Made by a program: the position numbers and the translations under genes
NCBI GenBank assembly: GCA_964291495.2
Contig: OZ219874.1
Location: 32,001-96,000 of the forward strand
Length of the DNA: 64,000 bases
Origin: Dehalococcoidia bacterium
GTDB lineage: Bacteria; Chloroflexota; Dehalococcoidia; UBA2979
Direction of reading: 5' to 3'
The notes under the pieces: model-generated
Database searches by the model: none
What the model was told of the DNA's origin: nothing
The model's input: only the letters and a program-made list of their open reading frames with translations
Part shown: piece by piece, positions 30,564-40,532 of the stretch
Layout of the letters: every line of letters begins with the position of its first letter
Numbering within the stretch: the first letter of the stretch is position 1

Positions 30564-32258
30564 TCACTCGAACCTCGCGAACGGGTCGGCGGTCGTCGCG
30601 GCCTCCGCGGGGCGCGTCGCCCAGGCGGGGTAGGGGAACTGGAGCAGCAGCGGCACCGGGATCTCCGGCTGCTGGAGGATCATCGTGCCCGGCTTGAGCA
30701 GCGAGGCGCGGGCACGCGCGGCCGGCGTCAGGAAGCCGTACTCGCCGCGCTGCGCCTCGGCGGCGTCGAGGCGGCCGACCACGCGCAGCGCGCAGTTGGC
30801 GACCACGCGCGGCTCCACCTCGCTCGCCGTCTGCTGCGCGCCGATCAGCACGACGCCGAGCGAGCGGCCGCGCTCCGCGATGTCGAGCAGCACGTCCTTG
30901 ATCGGGCTCTGGCCTTCGCGCGGCGCGTACTTGTTCAGCTCGTCCAGCACCACGAGCATCAGCGGCCGCGGCGAGCCGCTCGCCTCCTTGCGTTCGAACT
31001 CGCGCTTCAGCACCACGCCGACGACGAAGCGCTGCGCGCGGTCGTGCAGGCGGTGGATGTCGACGACGGTGACCTGCGCCCCGCCCGTCTCGATGCGGTG
31101 CCGCTCCGAGTCCTCCGAGGCGAGGCCCCGGACCAGCTGCCCGACGTGCGGCCTCGCCGCCTCCAGCCGCCGCATGAAGGCGGAGACCGTGCCGGGAGCG
31201 GCGCGTCCGCCCCAGGCGCCCTCGTCCGGGTCGGTCATGCGCCCGATCGCGTCGACCAGCTCGTCAAAGTCGGTGACCAGCTCGCCGCCGATCTCGACCG
31301 TGGGCGCATCGACGGGCAGCGAGAGCCGGGCGGCCATTGCCAGCTCCGACTCGACGCGCTGCACGACGAAGCCGAGCTGCGAGCGCTCGTCGTCGGCGTC
31401 GGCGAAGAGGAAGCGCAGGTAGCGCTCGGCGCAGAACTCGCGCAGCGTCCAGTAGAAGCCGGTGACGCCGTCCATCCTCGAGCCGGTCAGCGGGATCGGC
31501 TGGTCGCCGCGCGCCGCGGGCGCAAAGAGCCGCAGCGAGGGGAACGGCGCCGCCTCGAGGTCGAGGTCCGTGTAGCGGACTCGTTCGGCCTCGGGCAGTC
31601 CGGCGTTGGGCTTGTCGAGGAAGAGCAGGTCCTCGCCTTTGACGTTGAAGACGAGCGCGCGCGTGTTCGCGGTCTCGTGGCCGAGCACGCCGCTGCCGAA
31701 CAGCGAATAGAGCAGGAACATCGCGTACGAGGTCTTCGTCGCGACGCCGGAGACGCCGGAGATGTTGACGTGCGCGCCGCGCTGGCCGTCGAGGAAGTCG
31801 AGGTTCGCGAAGATCGGCTCGCCCGAGCGCGAGAGGCCGACCGGGAGGCGGCGCTCCATCGCGTCGAAGAAGAGCGCGCGGTCGCGGGCGGCGGCGTGGG
31901 CGCGACGCACTGCCTCGCCGGGTCGCGGCGGCACGAAGATCTCCGGCTCGACACGCGTGACGGAGACGTGCGCGCTGACCGCGGACTCCGCGGGCAGCAC
32001 GCCGCTGCTCGCCAGCGCCACATCCGAGGCGAAGCGCACGCCCTCCTGCACGGCGCGCAGCTCGTCGACGACGCCGTAGAAGTCGACGTGCTGGCCGTCC
32101 GGCAGCGGCGAGGTGACGTGGACCACGTCGTCGAGCTGGAGGTAGCGCTGGGGGTCGACGTAGGTCCAGAAGCCGAGCGGCGTCGAGGCGCCTTGCTCCG
32201 TGCCGAGCACCAGCCCCTCGCGCCGCTGCGCCTCCAGCTGTGGATCGCGGCCTACCAT
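30564..32258 (-). CDS. herA: HerA-family ATPase
   Basis: HVNISGVSGVATKTSY (variant Walker A), VVLDELNKYAP, ERGRSLG..LIGAQQ; GGAGG RBS before ATG 32258. Confidence 0.8.
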   Translation of the reverse strand: MVGRDPQLEAQRREGLVLGTEQGASTPLGFWTYVDPQRYLQLDDVVHVTSPLPDGQHVDFYGVVDELRAVQEGVRFASDVALASSGVLPAESAVSAHVSVTRVEPEIFVPPRPGEAVRRAHAAARDRALFFDAMERRLPVGLSRSGEPIFANLDFLDGQRGAHVNISGVSGVATKTSYAMFLLYSLFGSGVLGHETANTRALVFNVKGEDLLFLDKPNAGLPEAERVRYTDLDLEAAPFPSLRLFAPAARGDQPIPLTGSRMDGVTGFYWTLREFCAERYLRFLFADADDERSQLGFVVQRVESELAMAARLSLPVDAPTVEIGGELVTDFDELVDAIGRMTDPDEGAWGGRAAPGTVSAFMRRLEAARPHVGQLVRGLASEDSERHRIETGGAQVTVVDIHRLHDRAQRFVVGVVLKREFERKEASGSPRPLMLVVLDELNKYAPREGQSPIKDVLLDIAERGRSLGVVLIGAQQTASEVEPRVVANCALRVVGRLDAAEAQRGEYGFLTPAARARASLLKPGTMILQQPEIPVPLLLQFPYPAWATRPAEAATTADPFARFE

Positions 32259-32376
32259 CTCGGTCCTCCCTTCGCGAGCAGCCGCGCGTCTCCGGCGAGC
32301 ATCTGCCGGCTCAGCGCGACAACCAGGTCGTTCGGGGTACGCGCCGTCGCGATCAGGGGGCTCATGAGTTCCTCCA

Positions 32377-32949
32377 TCAGCGGTTCTCCTGCTCGCGCTC
32401 GTCATCGGGGGGACCAGAGAACTCCAGTGGGCGGCCCTCGCGCTTCGCCTTGAGCCACCGCCGGAAGGACTTCACGCCCTCTCCGGACCGCTGCCCGGCG
32501 ATCAACCCCTGGACGCTGATGTCCTCGTCCAGGTCGGGCCAGTGGATGCCTTCGCCGGGGCCGATGAGCTCCCAGTTGTCGCGCTCTTCAGGCGTGCCGT
32601 GCACGAGCCGCGGGTACCAGTCAAGCGGTACTGTGATGGTGCGGCCATCGGACAGCTCGGCCGTGAGCGCGTCCTCGGTCACGATGACGCGCTCCGCCTC
32701 CGGCGCCGGGACTTCCTGGTTGGAGTACTCATGCCACGACTCGATCAGGAGCTTCTGATGCCGTTCGAGGCTCCTCTCGATCCGGCGTATCTCGGAGCGC
32801 CCGATTCCACCGCTCCGTTCAAGCCGGACGGGATCCAGCCAGAACTTGGCGACACGGTTCCCGCGCCACACGTGCACGTGCGGCGGCTGTCCCAAGTCGC
32901 TCGCGTAGAAGATGAAGAGATACGTGCCATCCGAGGTCTTACGAGGCAT
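32377..32949 (-). CDS. DUF4160-DUF2442 fusion (toxin-antitoxin-like)
   Basis: N-half FYASD..QPPHVHV...AKFWL; C-half LSDGRTITVPLDWYPRL...GIHWPDLDEDIS; one frame. Confidence 0.8.
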   Translation of the reverse strand: MPRKTSDGTYLFIFYASDLGQPPHVHVWRGNRVAKFWLDPVRLERSGGIGRSEIRRIERSLERHQKLLIESWHEYSNQEVPAPEAERVIVTEDALTAELSDGRTITVPLDWYPRLVHGTPEERDNWELIGPGEGIHWPDLDEDISVQGLIAGQRSGEGVKSFRRWLKAKREGRPLEFSGPPDDEREQENR

Positions 32950-33036
32950 CGCCCACTTCCTCCTTCCTCGACGAACGGGGCGAAGCCGGCGTCGCCCTCG
33001 AACCTGTGTAGCCGCTCATCGCGGCGTTTCGCTCGG

Positions 33037-34110
33037 TCATACTTCCCGTCCTTTCCCGGTCGTGAGGGACGCTCGTTGCGTGGCTCTCTCGGCGAGGGCC
33101 ACGGCGATGTAGCGCCGTAACAGTTCGCGGTTTCCCAGAAGGCGGCGGAGCCAGCCCTCGAGCCCGCTGACGGGTGTGAGGTTCTGCGGGGCACGCGGAT
33201 CGCGGATCGGCGACCCCGCCAGGTGCGGCAGGGTGCGCGCGCACTCGTCCGCAAGCCGGGCGGCCTGTTCCACCGGCAAAGTCGCCCACGTCTCGATCCG
33301 CATGACCGCGGCGTGGGGGTGCACGTGCGGTCCGACGTCCGCGACTCGGACGTACCAGGAGAAGCGATCCCTTTTGGCCTGACCCTCCACGGAGAGCCGG
33401 AACAGCGGCGTACGATCCCCCACGCCGAGATCGTCAAAGATCGCCTGTTCCTCGGGGCAGAGGTACCACCTGGCGGTGCGCTTGATGTAACCGGCGACAC
33501 GCCGGCCGGTAGTACCCGCACGCAGCGGGCCGTCGACCAACGTCAGAGCGCCGCAGTCCGCGGACAGTCGGTTGACCAGTCTTGCCTCGGCCGCAAGCAT
33601 CCTGTTTGTGAGCTCTCGTACGAGTTCAGACGGCTGCGAAACATCGAGCACTGTGGAGGCCCGGAAGCACAGGTCGGTCTGGCCGACGGTGAGCACCAGG
33701 TCTTCGTCGGTCGTTCCGGCCCGGAGGTAGCAGCGCACCACGCGCAACAGATCGTCGTGCGTGAGCACAGCTGCGCGGGTTGGTTCGCAGCGCACTGCCC
33801 CAACGGCGTACGAGCCAAACAGCGCGGGGACTGCTTTCCCGGAGGTCGTGTCGCTGATCGCGTACGCCTCGACACGCCGCACGCCGTCGACTATCTGCAC
33901 GATCGGAGCCCGGTCGCCCGACAGATGATGCGGGATCCATGCGCCCTCGACAGAGGTATCGATGCAGAAGGCACCATCGTTGCCGTTGGCCTTCAGGGGT
34001 GCATTGCTGCCGGGGCCCTGTTCGGGTGACCAGGACACCAAGCGGGTCTTCAGGATGTTCGCGGATTCGCGATCGCCGAGGCGAGGGGCTACGCTCCCGG
34101 GTGTGGACAT
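33037..34110 (-). CDS. nurA: NurA-like nuclease
   Basis: VDGVRRVE, GSYAVG, LVDGPL, GYIK, DPRAPQNL.P...LE..LRR; upstream of herA. Confidence 0.75.
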   Translation of the reverse strand: MSTPGSVAPRLGDRESANILKTRLVSWSPEQGPGSNAPLKANGNDGAFCIDTSVEGAWIPHHLSGDRAPIVQIVDGVRRVEAYAISDTTSGKAVPALFGSYAVGAVRCEPTRAAVLTHDDLLRVVRCYLRAGTTDEDLVLTVGQTDLCFRASTVLDVSQPSELVRELTNRMLAAEARLVNRLSADCGALTLVDGPLRAGTTGRRVAGYIKRTARWYLCPEEQAIFDDLGVGDRTPLFRLSVEGQAKRDRFSWYVRVADVGPHVHPHAAVMRIETWATLPVEQAARLADECARTLPHLAGSPIRDPRAPQNLTPVSGLEGWLRRLLGNRELLRRYIAVALAERATQRASLTTGKGREV

Positions 34111-34425
34111 GGAGCCGTGTCTCCTTGTCTGCGGGCTGTCCGGCGTTGCCGCGCCGGGCAGCCACCACTGCGTTAGGGATTGCTTGGTGGTGCTCGGCCG
34201 GGGCGGACCGTCACGAGAGTGGAGGCCGCCCCGACCGAGATTTGGCTACTCCGTGGTTTCCTCCCCTCTGTGCGGGATCGCGGTAGCGCCCGGGCCTCCC
34301 GCCCCTTTCTCGTGTCCTGAGCGTCCCGGACCCGCTCTACTGGGCCCAGCGGCTAAGGAGCACAGGCGACGTGCTAAGATCGATCCGCAAGCGTCCGGCA
34401 CGGACGGACCCGCCCGGACAGCCGC

Positions 34426-34590
34426 GTTACCGGTAGTTCGCGCAAGGCCCGACACCTTGGAATGGCCTTGCAGCCAAAGGGTTTTTGGAGTGGAGGTCAC
34501 GCGAGCACCCTCCACGCCACCGCGTAGGCACCCCACTCCGGGCGAACGGCAAACGGGATCCTGAACGAGTGTGGAGTTTCACCGGGTAGG
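34426..34590 (+). ncRNA. ssrS: 6S RNA
   Basis: Rod-like fold: TACCGGT/ACCGGGTA closing stem, CCCG/CGGG, central bulge, GGAGTGG-AGGT/GCACC-CCACTCC stem; TGnTAAGAT extended -10 near 34372-34380. Confidence 0.65.
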
Positions 34591-34757
34591 GCCTCCCCCG
34601 TCTCCACCACAATCAAGCCCCTCGGGGACTGCGAGCTCCTCGAGGTTCGCCGAGACCGCCGGGAGCCCGGCGGTCTTTGCCTGTGCAGGCTCCGCTCGTC
34701 GCCGTGGGATGCGGGCGTGGAACAGCCGTCGAGGGCGCTCCTGTGGGCGGTGGGCCG

Positions 34758-37253
34758 CTAGCGCTGCGGCCGGACGGCGACGAGCTTCTCGCGCTGGCGC
34801 TCCTCGGCGGCGCGGGCGGCCCCGTCCTCGCCGCCTTCGTCCGGCCAGCCGACGATGCCGCCCTCCTTGAAGCCGTCGATCTCGGCAGACGAGTAGCCGA
34901 GCTCCGCGAGGATCGGGCGGGTGTGCTCGCCGGGCTCGCAGGCCGGGCGGATGGTCGAGGGCGCGCTGTCGAGGGTGACGACCGGGCCGTGGCGCCAGTA
35001 CTCGCCGAACGTCGGGTGGCTGACGTCGACGGTGAAGCCCAACTCGCGGTTAGCCTCGTTCCCCGCGAACTCGGCGACGTTGGCGGCGTCGGCGCGGACG
35101 CAGGCGACGTCGCGAGCGGTCAGCTCGCGCTCCCACTCGTCGGCGCCGCGCTCGAGGAACGCCTCAGCCAGCGCGGCGGCGAGCGCCTCGCCGTGCTGCT
35201 CGCGCGCCTCGTCGCTCGCGAAGCGCGGGTCGGCGAGCCACTCGTCGCGTCCCAGCGCGGCGCAGAGCGCGCTCCACTCGTGCTCGAACGGCGCGGCGAG
35301 GAAGACCCAGGCGCCATCGCCGGCGCGGTAGAGGCGGTAGAGGGGCCCCATGCCGAGCAGCTCCGGGTCCGGCTGGCGGCGCGGCGGCACGTCCGGACCG
35401 CGCACGGCGCCGTCCGCGTTGGCGTAGAGGTTCGAGGCGATCATCGTCGTGAGCTGGTACTGGCCCACGCCCAGCTCCTCGGCGGCGCGCAGGCCGAGCA
35501 GCAGGCTGCTGCCGAGGCCGAGCGCGGCGTTGACGTCGGGGTTGCCCTCGTTCGCGTTCATCAGTCGCCAGGCCTTGCGCTTGAGCTCGTCCATCGGCAG
35601 CTCGGCGTCGCCGGCGTGCAGCTCGCTCGGGGGCATCTGCTGGATCGCGCCGCCGCCGAGGGCGCCCGCAATCGGGTGCATCGCCGGCTTGTACGAGTAC
35701 GGCCCGGAGTCTCCGTAGGAGGCGCCGTAGTGGTAGACGACGCGAGGGTTGAGGTCGCGCGCCCGCTCGTAGCCGATGCCGAGCCGCTCGGCGACGCCGG
35801 GACGGAAGTTGTGCATCACGATGTCCGCACGCCGCAGCAGCCGGTGGACGATCTCCTGGCCCTCCGCCGTCTTGAGGTCGACCCCGATGCTCTCCTTGCC
35901 CCCGGTGGTCTTGTAGAACAGCATCCGCCCCGCCGTGTAGCGGCTCACCTCGCCCTCGGGCGGCTCGACCTTGATCACGCGCGCCCCGAGGTCGGCGAGC
36001 AGCGCGCTCCCGAACGGCGTGGCGTAGAAGGTCGAGAAGTCGACGACCGTGATGCCCTCGAGGGGCGCCGTGGGGGCGGGGCCGGGTTCGCCCGGCTCCA
36101 CGGCGGTCCAACCGTCGGCGTCGACGCCGTTGGCCGAGCCGAGCGAGGGCGCTCCACGGCCGGGAGTCGCGGGAGTCTCGGTCTGGCGGACAATTGGCCC
36201 GACCTGCTCCACGCCGTCGATCTCGATGATGTGCTCGTTGTGCCGGACCTGGGGGTGGTCGAACGCGTCGGCGGCCTCGAAGAAGGGTTCGATGGCGATG
36301 TCGCGCTCCGCGTCGAAGATCGCCTTCCATTCGCCCCAGGTCTTCTGGCGCACGCGCTCGAGGATGATCGCCCAGACCTCCTCGCTGTCGTCCGGATCCC
36401 TAAGCGCCGGGAGGTCGGCGAAGCGGGGCTCGGAGTAGAGGTCGGTGAGCCCGAGGGCGTTCATCTGGGCCATGAAGAGGTGCGGCAGGGTGTTCGCGAA
36501 CTGCAGCCACACGCCGTCCTTCGTGACCGCCGTGAGGTAGTTGGGGCGCGGGATCTGGTGCTGGATCGCGCCCCATGAGCCGAGTCGGTCGGCGGCGAGC
36601 GGGTCGGCCGCGGCGGCCTGCAGGGCGAACCAGCGGAGCATGTCGTAGGCGGTGGTGCCCTGGAGCAGGCTCGTCTCGACGTGCGTGCCTCGATGCGTCT
36701 GTCGCCGCACGTGCAACGCGGCGAGGATGCCCTGCAGTGCCGCGTGGAGCGCGCCGTAGCCGGCCGACGGCACCGCCGCGAAGACCGGGCCGCCTCGCTC
36801 GGGCAGCAGGCTCGAGAACTCGAGCATGCGACCAGTCTTCGCGGACACGATGCCCTCATAGCCCTTGAGGTGCGCCCACGGGCCGCGGGCGCCGAAGCCG
36901 GTGATCGAGGCGTAGACGAGCGCCGGGTTGAGCTCCCGGGCCTCCTCGTAGCCAAGGCCGTGCCGCTCCATCGCGCTGGGCCGGAAGTTCTCGACCAGCA
37001 CGTCCGCCGCCGCGACCAGGTCGCGCGCGGCGGCTCGCCCGTCCTCGGACTTGAGATCGAGGACGCGGCTGCCCTTGCCGCGGTTCCAGAAGCCCCACGC
37101 GGGATGCCCCCGGTACGGGTCCCCCGAGGGCGGCTCGATCTTCACGACCTCCGCCCCGTAGTCGGCGAGGATCGTGCCGACGAGGTTGCCGTGCATGCCC
37201 CGCGTGAAGTCGAGGACGCGCAGTCCGCTACAGGCCAGCGTCACGGTCGTCAC
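34758..37253 (-). CDS. CaiB/BaiF family III CoA-transferase, tandem two-domain
   Basis: GLRVLDF...ADYGAEVVKIEPP.GD...NRGK and LEGITVVDF...LADLGARVIKVEPP. Confidence 0.9.
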   Translation of the reverse strand: MTTVTLACSGLRVLDFTRGMHGNLVGTILADYGAEVVKIEPPSGDPYRGHPAWGFWNRGKGSRVLDLKSEDGRAAARDLVAAADVLVENFRPSAMERHGLGYEEARELNPALVYASITGFGARGPWAHLKGYEGIVSAKTGRMLEFSSLLPERGGPVFAAVPSAGYGALHAALQGILAALHVRRQTHRGTHVETSLLQGTTAYDMLRWFALQAAAADPLAADRLGSWGAIQHQIPRPNYLTAVTKDGVWLQFANTLPHLFMAQMNALGLTDLYSEPRFADLPALRDPDDSEEVWAIILERVRQKTWGEWKAIFDAERDIAIEPFFEAADAFDHPQVRHNEHIIEIDGVEQVGPIVRQTETPATPGRGAPSLGSANGVDADGWTAVEPGEPGPAPTAPLEGITVVDFSTFYATPFGSALLADLGARVIKVEPPEGEVSRYTAGRMLFYKTTGGKESIGVDLKTAEGQEIVHRLLRRADIVMHNFRPGVAERLGIGYERARDLNPRVVYHYGASYGDSGPYSYKPAMHPIAGALGGGAIQQMPPSELHAGDAELPMDELKRKAWRLMNANEGNPDVNAALGLGSSLLLGLRAAEELGVGQYQLTTMIASNLYANADGAVRGPDVPPRRQPDPELLGMGPLYRLYRAGDGAWVFLAAPFEHEWSALCAALGRDEWLADPRFASDEAREQHGEALAAALAEAFLERGADEWERELTARDVACVRADAANVAEFAGNEANRELGFTVDVSHPTFGEYWRHGPVVTLDSAPSTIRPACEPGEHTRPILAELGYSSAEIDGFKEGGIVGWPDEGGEDGAARAAEERQREKLVAVRPQR

Positions 37254-37270
37254 CCTCCCAGCGTGTCGCG

Positions 37271-39604
37271 TCAGCGGCAGATTACCGCGAACGCGTAGCC
37301 GCGGCCCGTGAGGCCCTCGATCACGGTCTCGAGGGCGGCGACGGTCTGCGAGCGCTCGCCGCCCCCATCGTGCATCAGGATGATCGCGCCGGGTCGCACG
37401 TTGGCGAGGATGTGCGAGGCGATCTGCTCCGCCCCCGGCCGCCGCCAGTCCTGCGGGTCGATCGACCAGAGCACGATCGACTTGCCGAGCTCGGCGGCGG
37501 TGCGCACGGCGCGCTCGTTCGTCGCAGCGTACGGCGGGCGCAGGCACTCGATCGGATCGACGCTCGTCCCCGCGACGGCGTGGAGGGCGTCATCAGTGCT
37601 CGTCACCTGCGCGACGATGTCCTCGCGGTCCGCCTTGCTCAGCCAGATGTGGTCGAAGGTGTGGTTCTCGGCCTCGTGCCCGGCCTCGACCATGCGCTCG
37701 ATGATCGACGGGAACCTCGAGACGTTGGAGCCGAGCACGAAGAAGGTCGCCGTCACCCGGTAGCGATCGAGGACGTCGAGCACCGCGGGCGTCCATGTCG
37801 GATGCGGTCCGTCGTCGAACGTCAGGTAAGCCAGCGGCGCGCCCGCCTGGTTGTGCGCCGGCGGGTGCGCCGGATCCACCCGGTCCGGGGGCTCCTCGGC
37901 GGGTTCGGGCTGCTGCCAGGCGGCCTCGACGGCGTCCCAGGTCGCGCGGTCGACGACGCCCGTCGGTTCGAGGTCGGCACGGAGTTGGATGCGGATCACG
38001 GCCTCGCGCGTCGCCGTGTCGTAGACGTCGTAGTAGCGGCCGGGGTAGAGGAAGCCAAGCCCCCGCACGCGCGCGAGCCGCTGGTGCAGCGCGCGCACGG
38101 CGCGCCCGCGATCGCCCGCGCCGAGCGTGTTGCCTTCGGCGAAGCGCTCCGGCGATGGCGCGGGCAGCAGCTCGTCGGCCCCCGGGGCCTCGGGGTGCAC
38201 GCCCGGCGCGCGCTCGGCGGACTCGAGGAACCCCGCCAGCTCGTGCAGATAGTCGTCATCGGGGGAGAGTTCGATCGCCTGTGCGACCGCCTGACGTGCC
38301 CGGTCCAGCTGGTCCGGCGAGGCGAGCGCGAAGCCGAGGGCGCGGATCACGTGAATCGCCGCGTCGTCGGGCCGATGCTCGAGCGCGCGCTCGCTGTAGT
38401 CGAGGAGTGTGACGGCCATCGTCGTGAGGTCGTGCTCGGCGGCCGTGTCGATGATGAGCGGTCCGTCGAGGGCGAACGCCTCGGCGGGTGGGTGTCCGCG
38501 TTTCAGATCGAGCGCCGCCGCGTACTCCCCGGCGAGCACGTGGGTGAGCAGGGGTTGCCCCGGCGATCCCGCGTGCCCGAGGCGCGCTGCCGCCAGCTGG
38601 TTCACGAGGATCGAGAGCCAGCGCAGCCCGTCGTGACCGGGAACCTCGCCGGCCGCGTGCACGGCTCGCGCCGCGGCCTCACGCCAGAGGTGGGCCTCCG
38701 CGAGCGCCACGACGAGCGCCGCGTCGGCCGTGGCATCCGGGGGAAGGCCTGAGGGAACCGCGAGTTCCACCGGGCTCATGTCGCTGCCGTCCCAGCGGTA
38801 GATCCGGAGCCCGTGCTCCTCGACGGCGCAGGCGTAGCAGAAGACGTAGGGGTTCGAGTCGTTCAGTACGAACTCGTGCAGGCCGTCGCCGTCGAGGTCG
38901 ACGATCTCGCCGGCGTTCGGCCGCGAGCTGATGTGCGAGAGCGCCGTGGAGAGGCGGGCGCCGTCGAAGTGGATGACGTCGAACGTCCCGGCGTGCGCCC
39001 CCGTCGGCCCGCGGATGACGATCCAGGCGCTGCCGGGTGCCGCATCGATCGTGACGAGCTCGACCTGCTCCGTGCGCTGAGGCGCGGTGTCGATCTCGAT
39101 GCGGTCGATCTCCTCGGACCACGTTCCGTCGTCGTTGAGGCGGTAGACGGCGACGATGTGGAAGAAGTTGATCGGGTCGCCGTCGTCGTTCCGGTAGAAC
39201 GGCTGCGGCCCGTTCGTGACCACGGCCCAGTACGCGCCGTCCGCATCGGCCACCGCGAGGTCCAGGGCGCGAGCCGTGAGCTCGTTCTCGCCGAACTCCT
39301 CGGCGATCGCTGCGAGCAAGATCGAGGCAACTTCCGCTGCGCGCTCCTCGGCGCTGGGTGTCGGCTCCGGCGCGGGAGTCGGTGCGGGCGTCGCGGTGGG
39401 CGTCGGCGTGGCTGTCGAGGTTGGCGTCGGTGTCGGCGGGGGACTGGCTGCGGGGGTTGCGGTCGGGCTCGGCGCGCTCGTCGGCGAAGGCGCCGACGTT
39501 GCGACGGTCACGGGTGCGGGGCCAGAGTCCTCGCCGCTCTCGCAGCCGGCAAGGGCAGTCCCTGCCAGCAGCAGCGCGGCAGCGAGGGCAGTCCGGGCGT
39601 TCAT
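37271..39604 (-). CDS. Lipoprotein with a peptidoglycan-binding domain and a polysaccharide deacetylase
   Basis: LAGC lipobox; LTFDDGP, NHTFDH, RPPY, IDPQDW, ILMHDGG. Confidence 0.88.
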   Translation of the reverse strand: MNARTALAAALLLAGTALAGCESGEDSGPAPVTVATSAPSPTSAPSPTATPAASPPPTPTPTSTATPTPTATPAPTPAPEPTPSAEERAAEVASILLAAIAEEFGENELTARALDLAVADADGAYWAVVTNGPQPFYRNDDGDPINFFHIVAVYRLNDDGTWSEEIDRIEIDTAPQRTEQVELVTIDAAPGSAWIVIRGPTGAHAGTFDVIHFDGARLSTALSHISSRPNAGEIVDLDGDGLHEFVLNDSNPYVFCYACAVEEHGLRIYRWDGSDMSPVELAVPSGLPPDATADAALVVALAEAHLWREAAARAVHAAGEVPGHDGLRWLSILVNQLAAARLGHAGSPGQPLLTHVLAGEYAAALDLKRGHPPAEAFALDGPLIIDTAAEHDLTTMAVTLLDYSERALEHRPDDAAIHVIRALGFALASPDQLDRARQAVAQAIELSPDDDYLHELAGFLESAERAPGVHPEAPGADELLPAPSPERFAEGNTLGAGDRGRAVRALHQRLARVRGLGFLYPGRYYDVYDTATREAVIRIQLRADLEPTGVVDRATWDAVEAAWQQPEPAEEPPDRVDPAHPPAHNQAGAPLAYLTFDDGPHPTWTPAVLDVLDRYRVTATFFVLGSNVSRFPSIIERMVEAGHEAENHTFDHIWLSKADREDIVAQVTSTDDALHAVAGTSVDPIECLRPPYAATNERAVRTAAELGKSIVLWSIDPQDWRRPGAEQIASHILANVRPGAIILMHDGGGERSQTVAALETVIEGLTGRGYAFAVICR

Positions 39605-39641
39605 CGGGTCGAACCTAGCACGCGAACGCTACTATCGGTGC

Positions 39642-40508
39642 ATGACGCCGCCCGCGCGGATCGAGGTTGAGGAGACGCCTGCACGCAGGCTGCTGACGCC
39701 CACCGGCGGCTACCTCGCCGCCTTCTCGCACACGCTCAATCCGTACGCGGGCTGCGCCTTCGGCGACCGCGGCTGCGGCGTCTACTGCTACGTCGCCGAG
39801 TCACCGATCGGGCGCTTCGCCGGGCGCCCGTGGGGCCGCTGGCTGCGCGTCAAGACGAACGCTGCCGAGGCGCTGCGGCGCGAGCTGCAGCGGCAGCCGC
39901 GCCTCGAGGACGTGCGCATCTTCATGAGCTCGGCGACCGACCCCTACCAGCCCGCCGAGTCGCGCTACCGCATCACCCGCTCGATCCTCGAGGTCTTCCG
40001 CGAGTTCCCGGTCGGCCTGCTGCTGCTGCAGACACGCTCCCCGCTCGTCGAGCGTGATCTGGATCTGCTTGCCGGGCTGCCGTTCGCCTGGCTCTCGATG
40101 ACCGTCGAGACGGACGACGACGCGGTGCGGCGCGCCCTCACGCCGACCTGCCCGAGCATCGAGCGGCGCTTCGCGGCGATGCGGCGGGCGCGGCAGCTCG
40201 GCGTCGCCGTGCAGGCGGCGGTCAGCCCCGTGCTGCCGCACGACCGCGAGCGCCTCGCCGAGCTGATGGCCGCGGCCGCCGACCGCGTCGTCGTCGATAC
40301 CTTCACGGGCGACGGTGCGGCCGGACGGCGCACGGCGGCGCGGCCCCTCCCCGCCCGCTTCGCCGACCTCGGCTACGGCGATTGGCGCGACGAGCGGTCG
40401 GCCCGGGCGCTCTACGAGGAGCTGCGGTCGCGACTCGGTCCCGAGCGCGTCGGCTGGTCTGTCGAGGGCTTCAACAAGCTGGCGAAGCCCGTCGCGGCGG
40501 GCGTGTAG
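39642..40508 (+). CDS. Radical SAM protein, SplB/Rv2578c-like
   Basis: LNPYAGCAFGDRGCGVYCY, SSATDPYQP.E. Confidence 0.85.
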   Translation: MTPPARIEVEETPARRLLTPTGGYLAAFSHTLNPYAGCAFGDRGCGVYCYVAESPIGRFAGRPWGRWLRVKTNAAEALRRELQRQPRLEDVRIFMSSATDPYQPAESRYRITRSILEVFREFPVGLLLLQTRSPLVERDLDLLAGLPFAWLSMTVETDDDAVRRALTPTCPSIERRFAAMRRARQLGVAVQAAVSPVLPHDRERLAELMAAAADRVVVDTFTGDGAAGRRTAARPLPARFADLGYGDWRDERSARALYEELRSRLGPERVGWSVEGFNKLAKPVAAGV

Positions 40509-40532
40509 TTATGTCACTTATGTGGAGAAAGC

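Noticed and set aside
34380-34610. Whole intergenic region as tmRNA
   Set aside because: No GGGG...TTCGAC 5' end or tag frame; the rod-like pairing fits 6S RNA better.
34677-36578. 633-aa plus-strand ORF and similar long R/A/G-rich ORFs
   Set aside because: Antisense or alternative frames of clearly recognisable genes.
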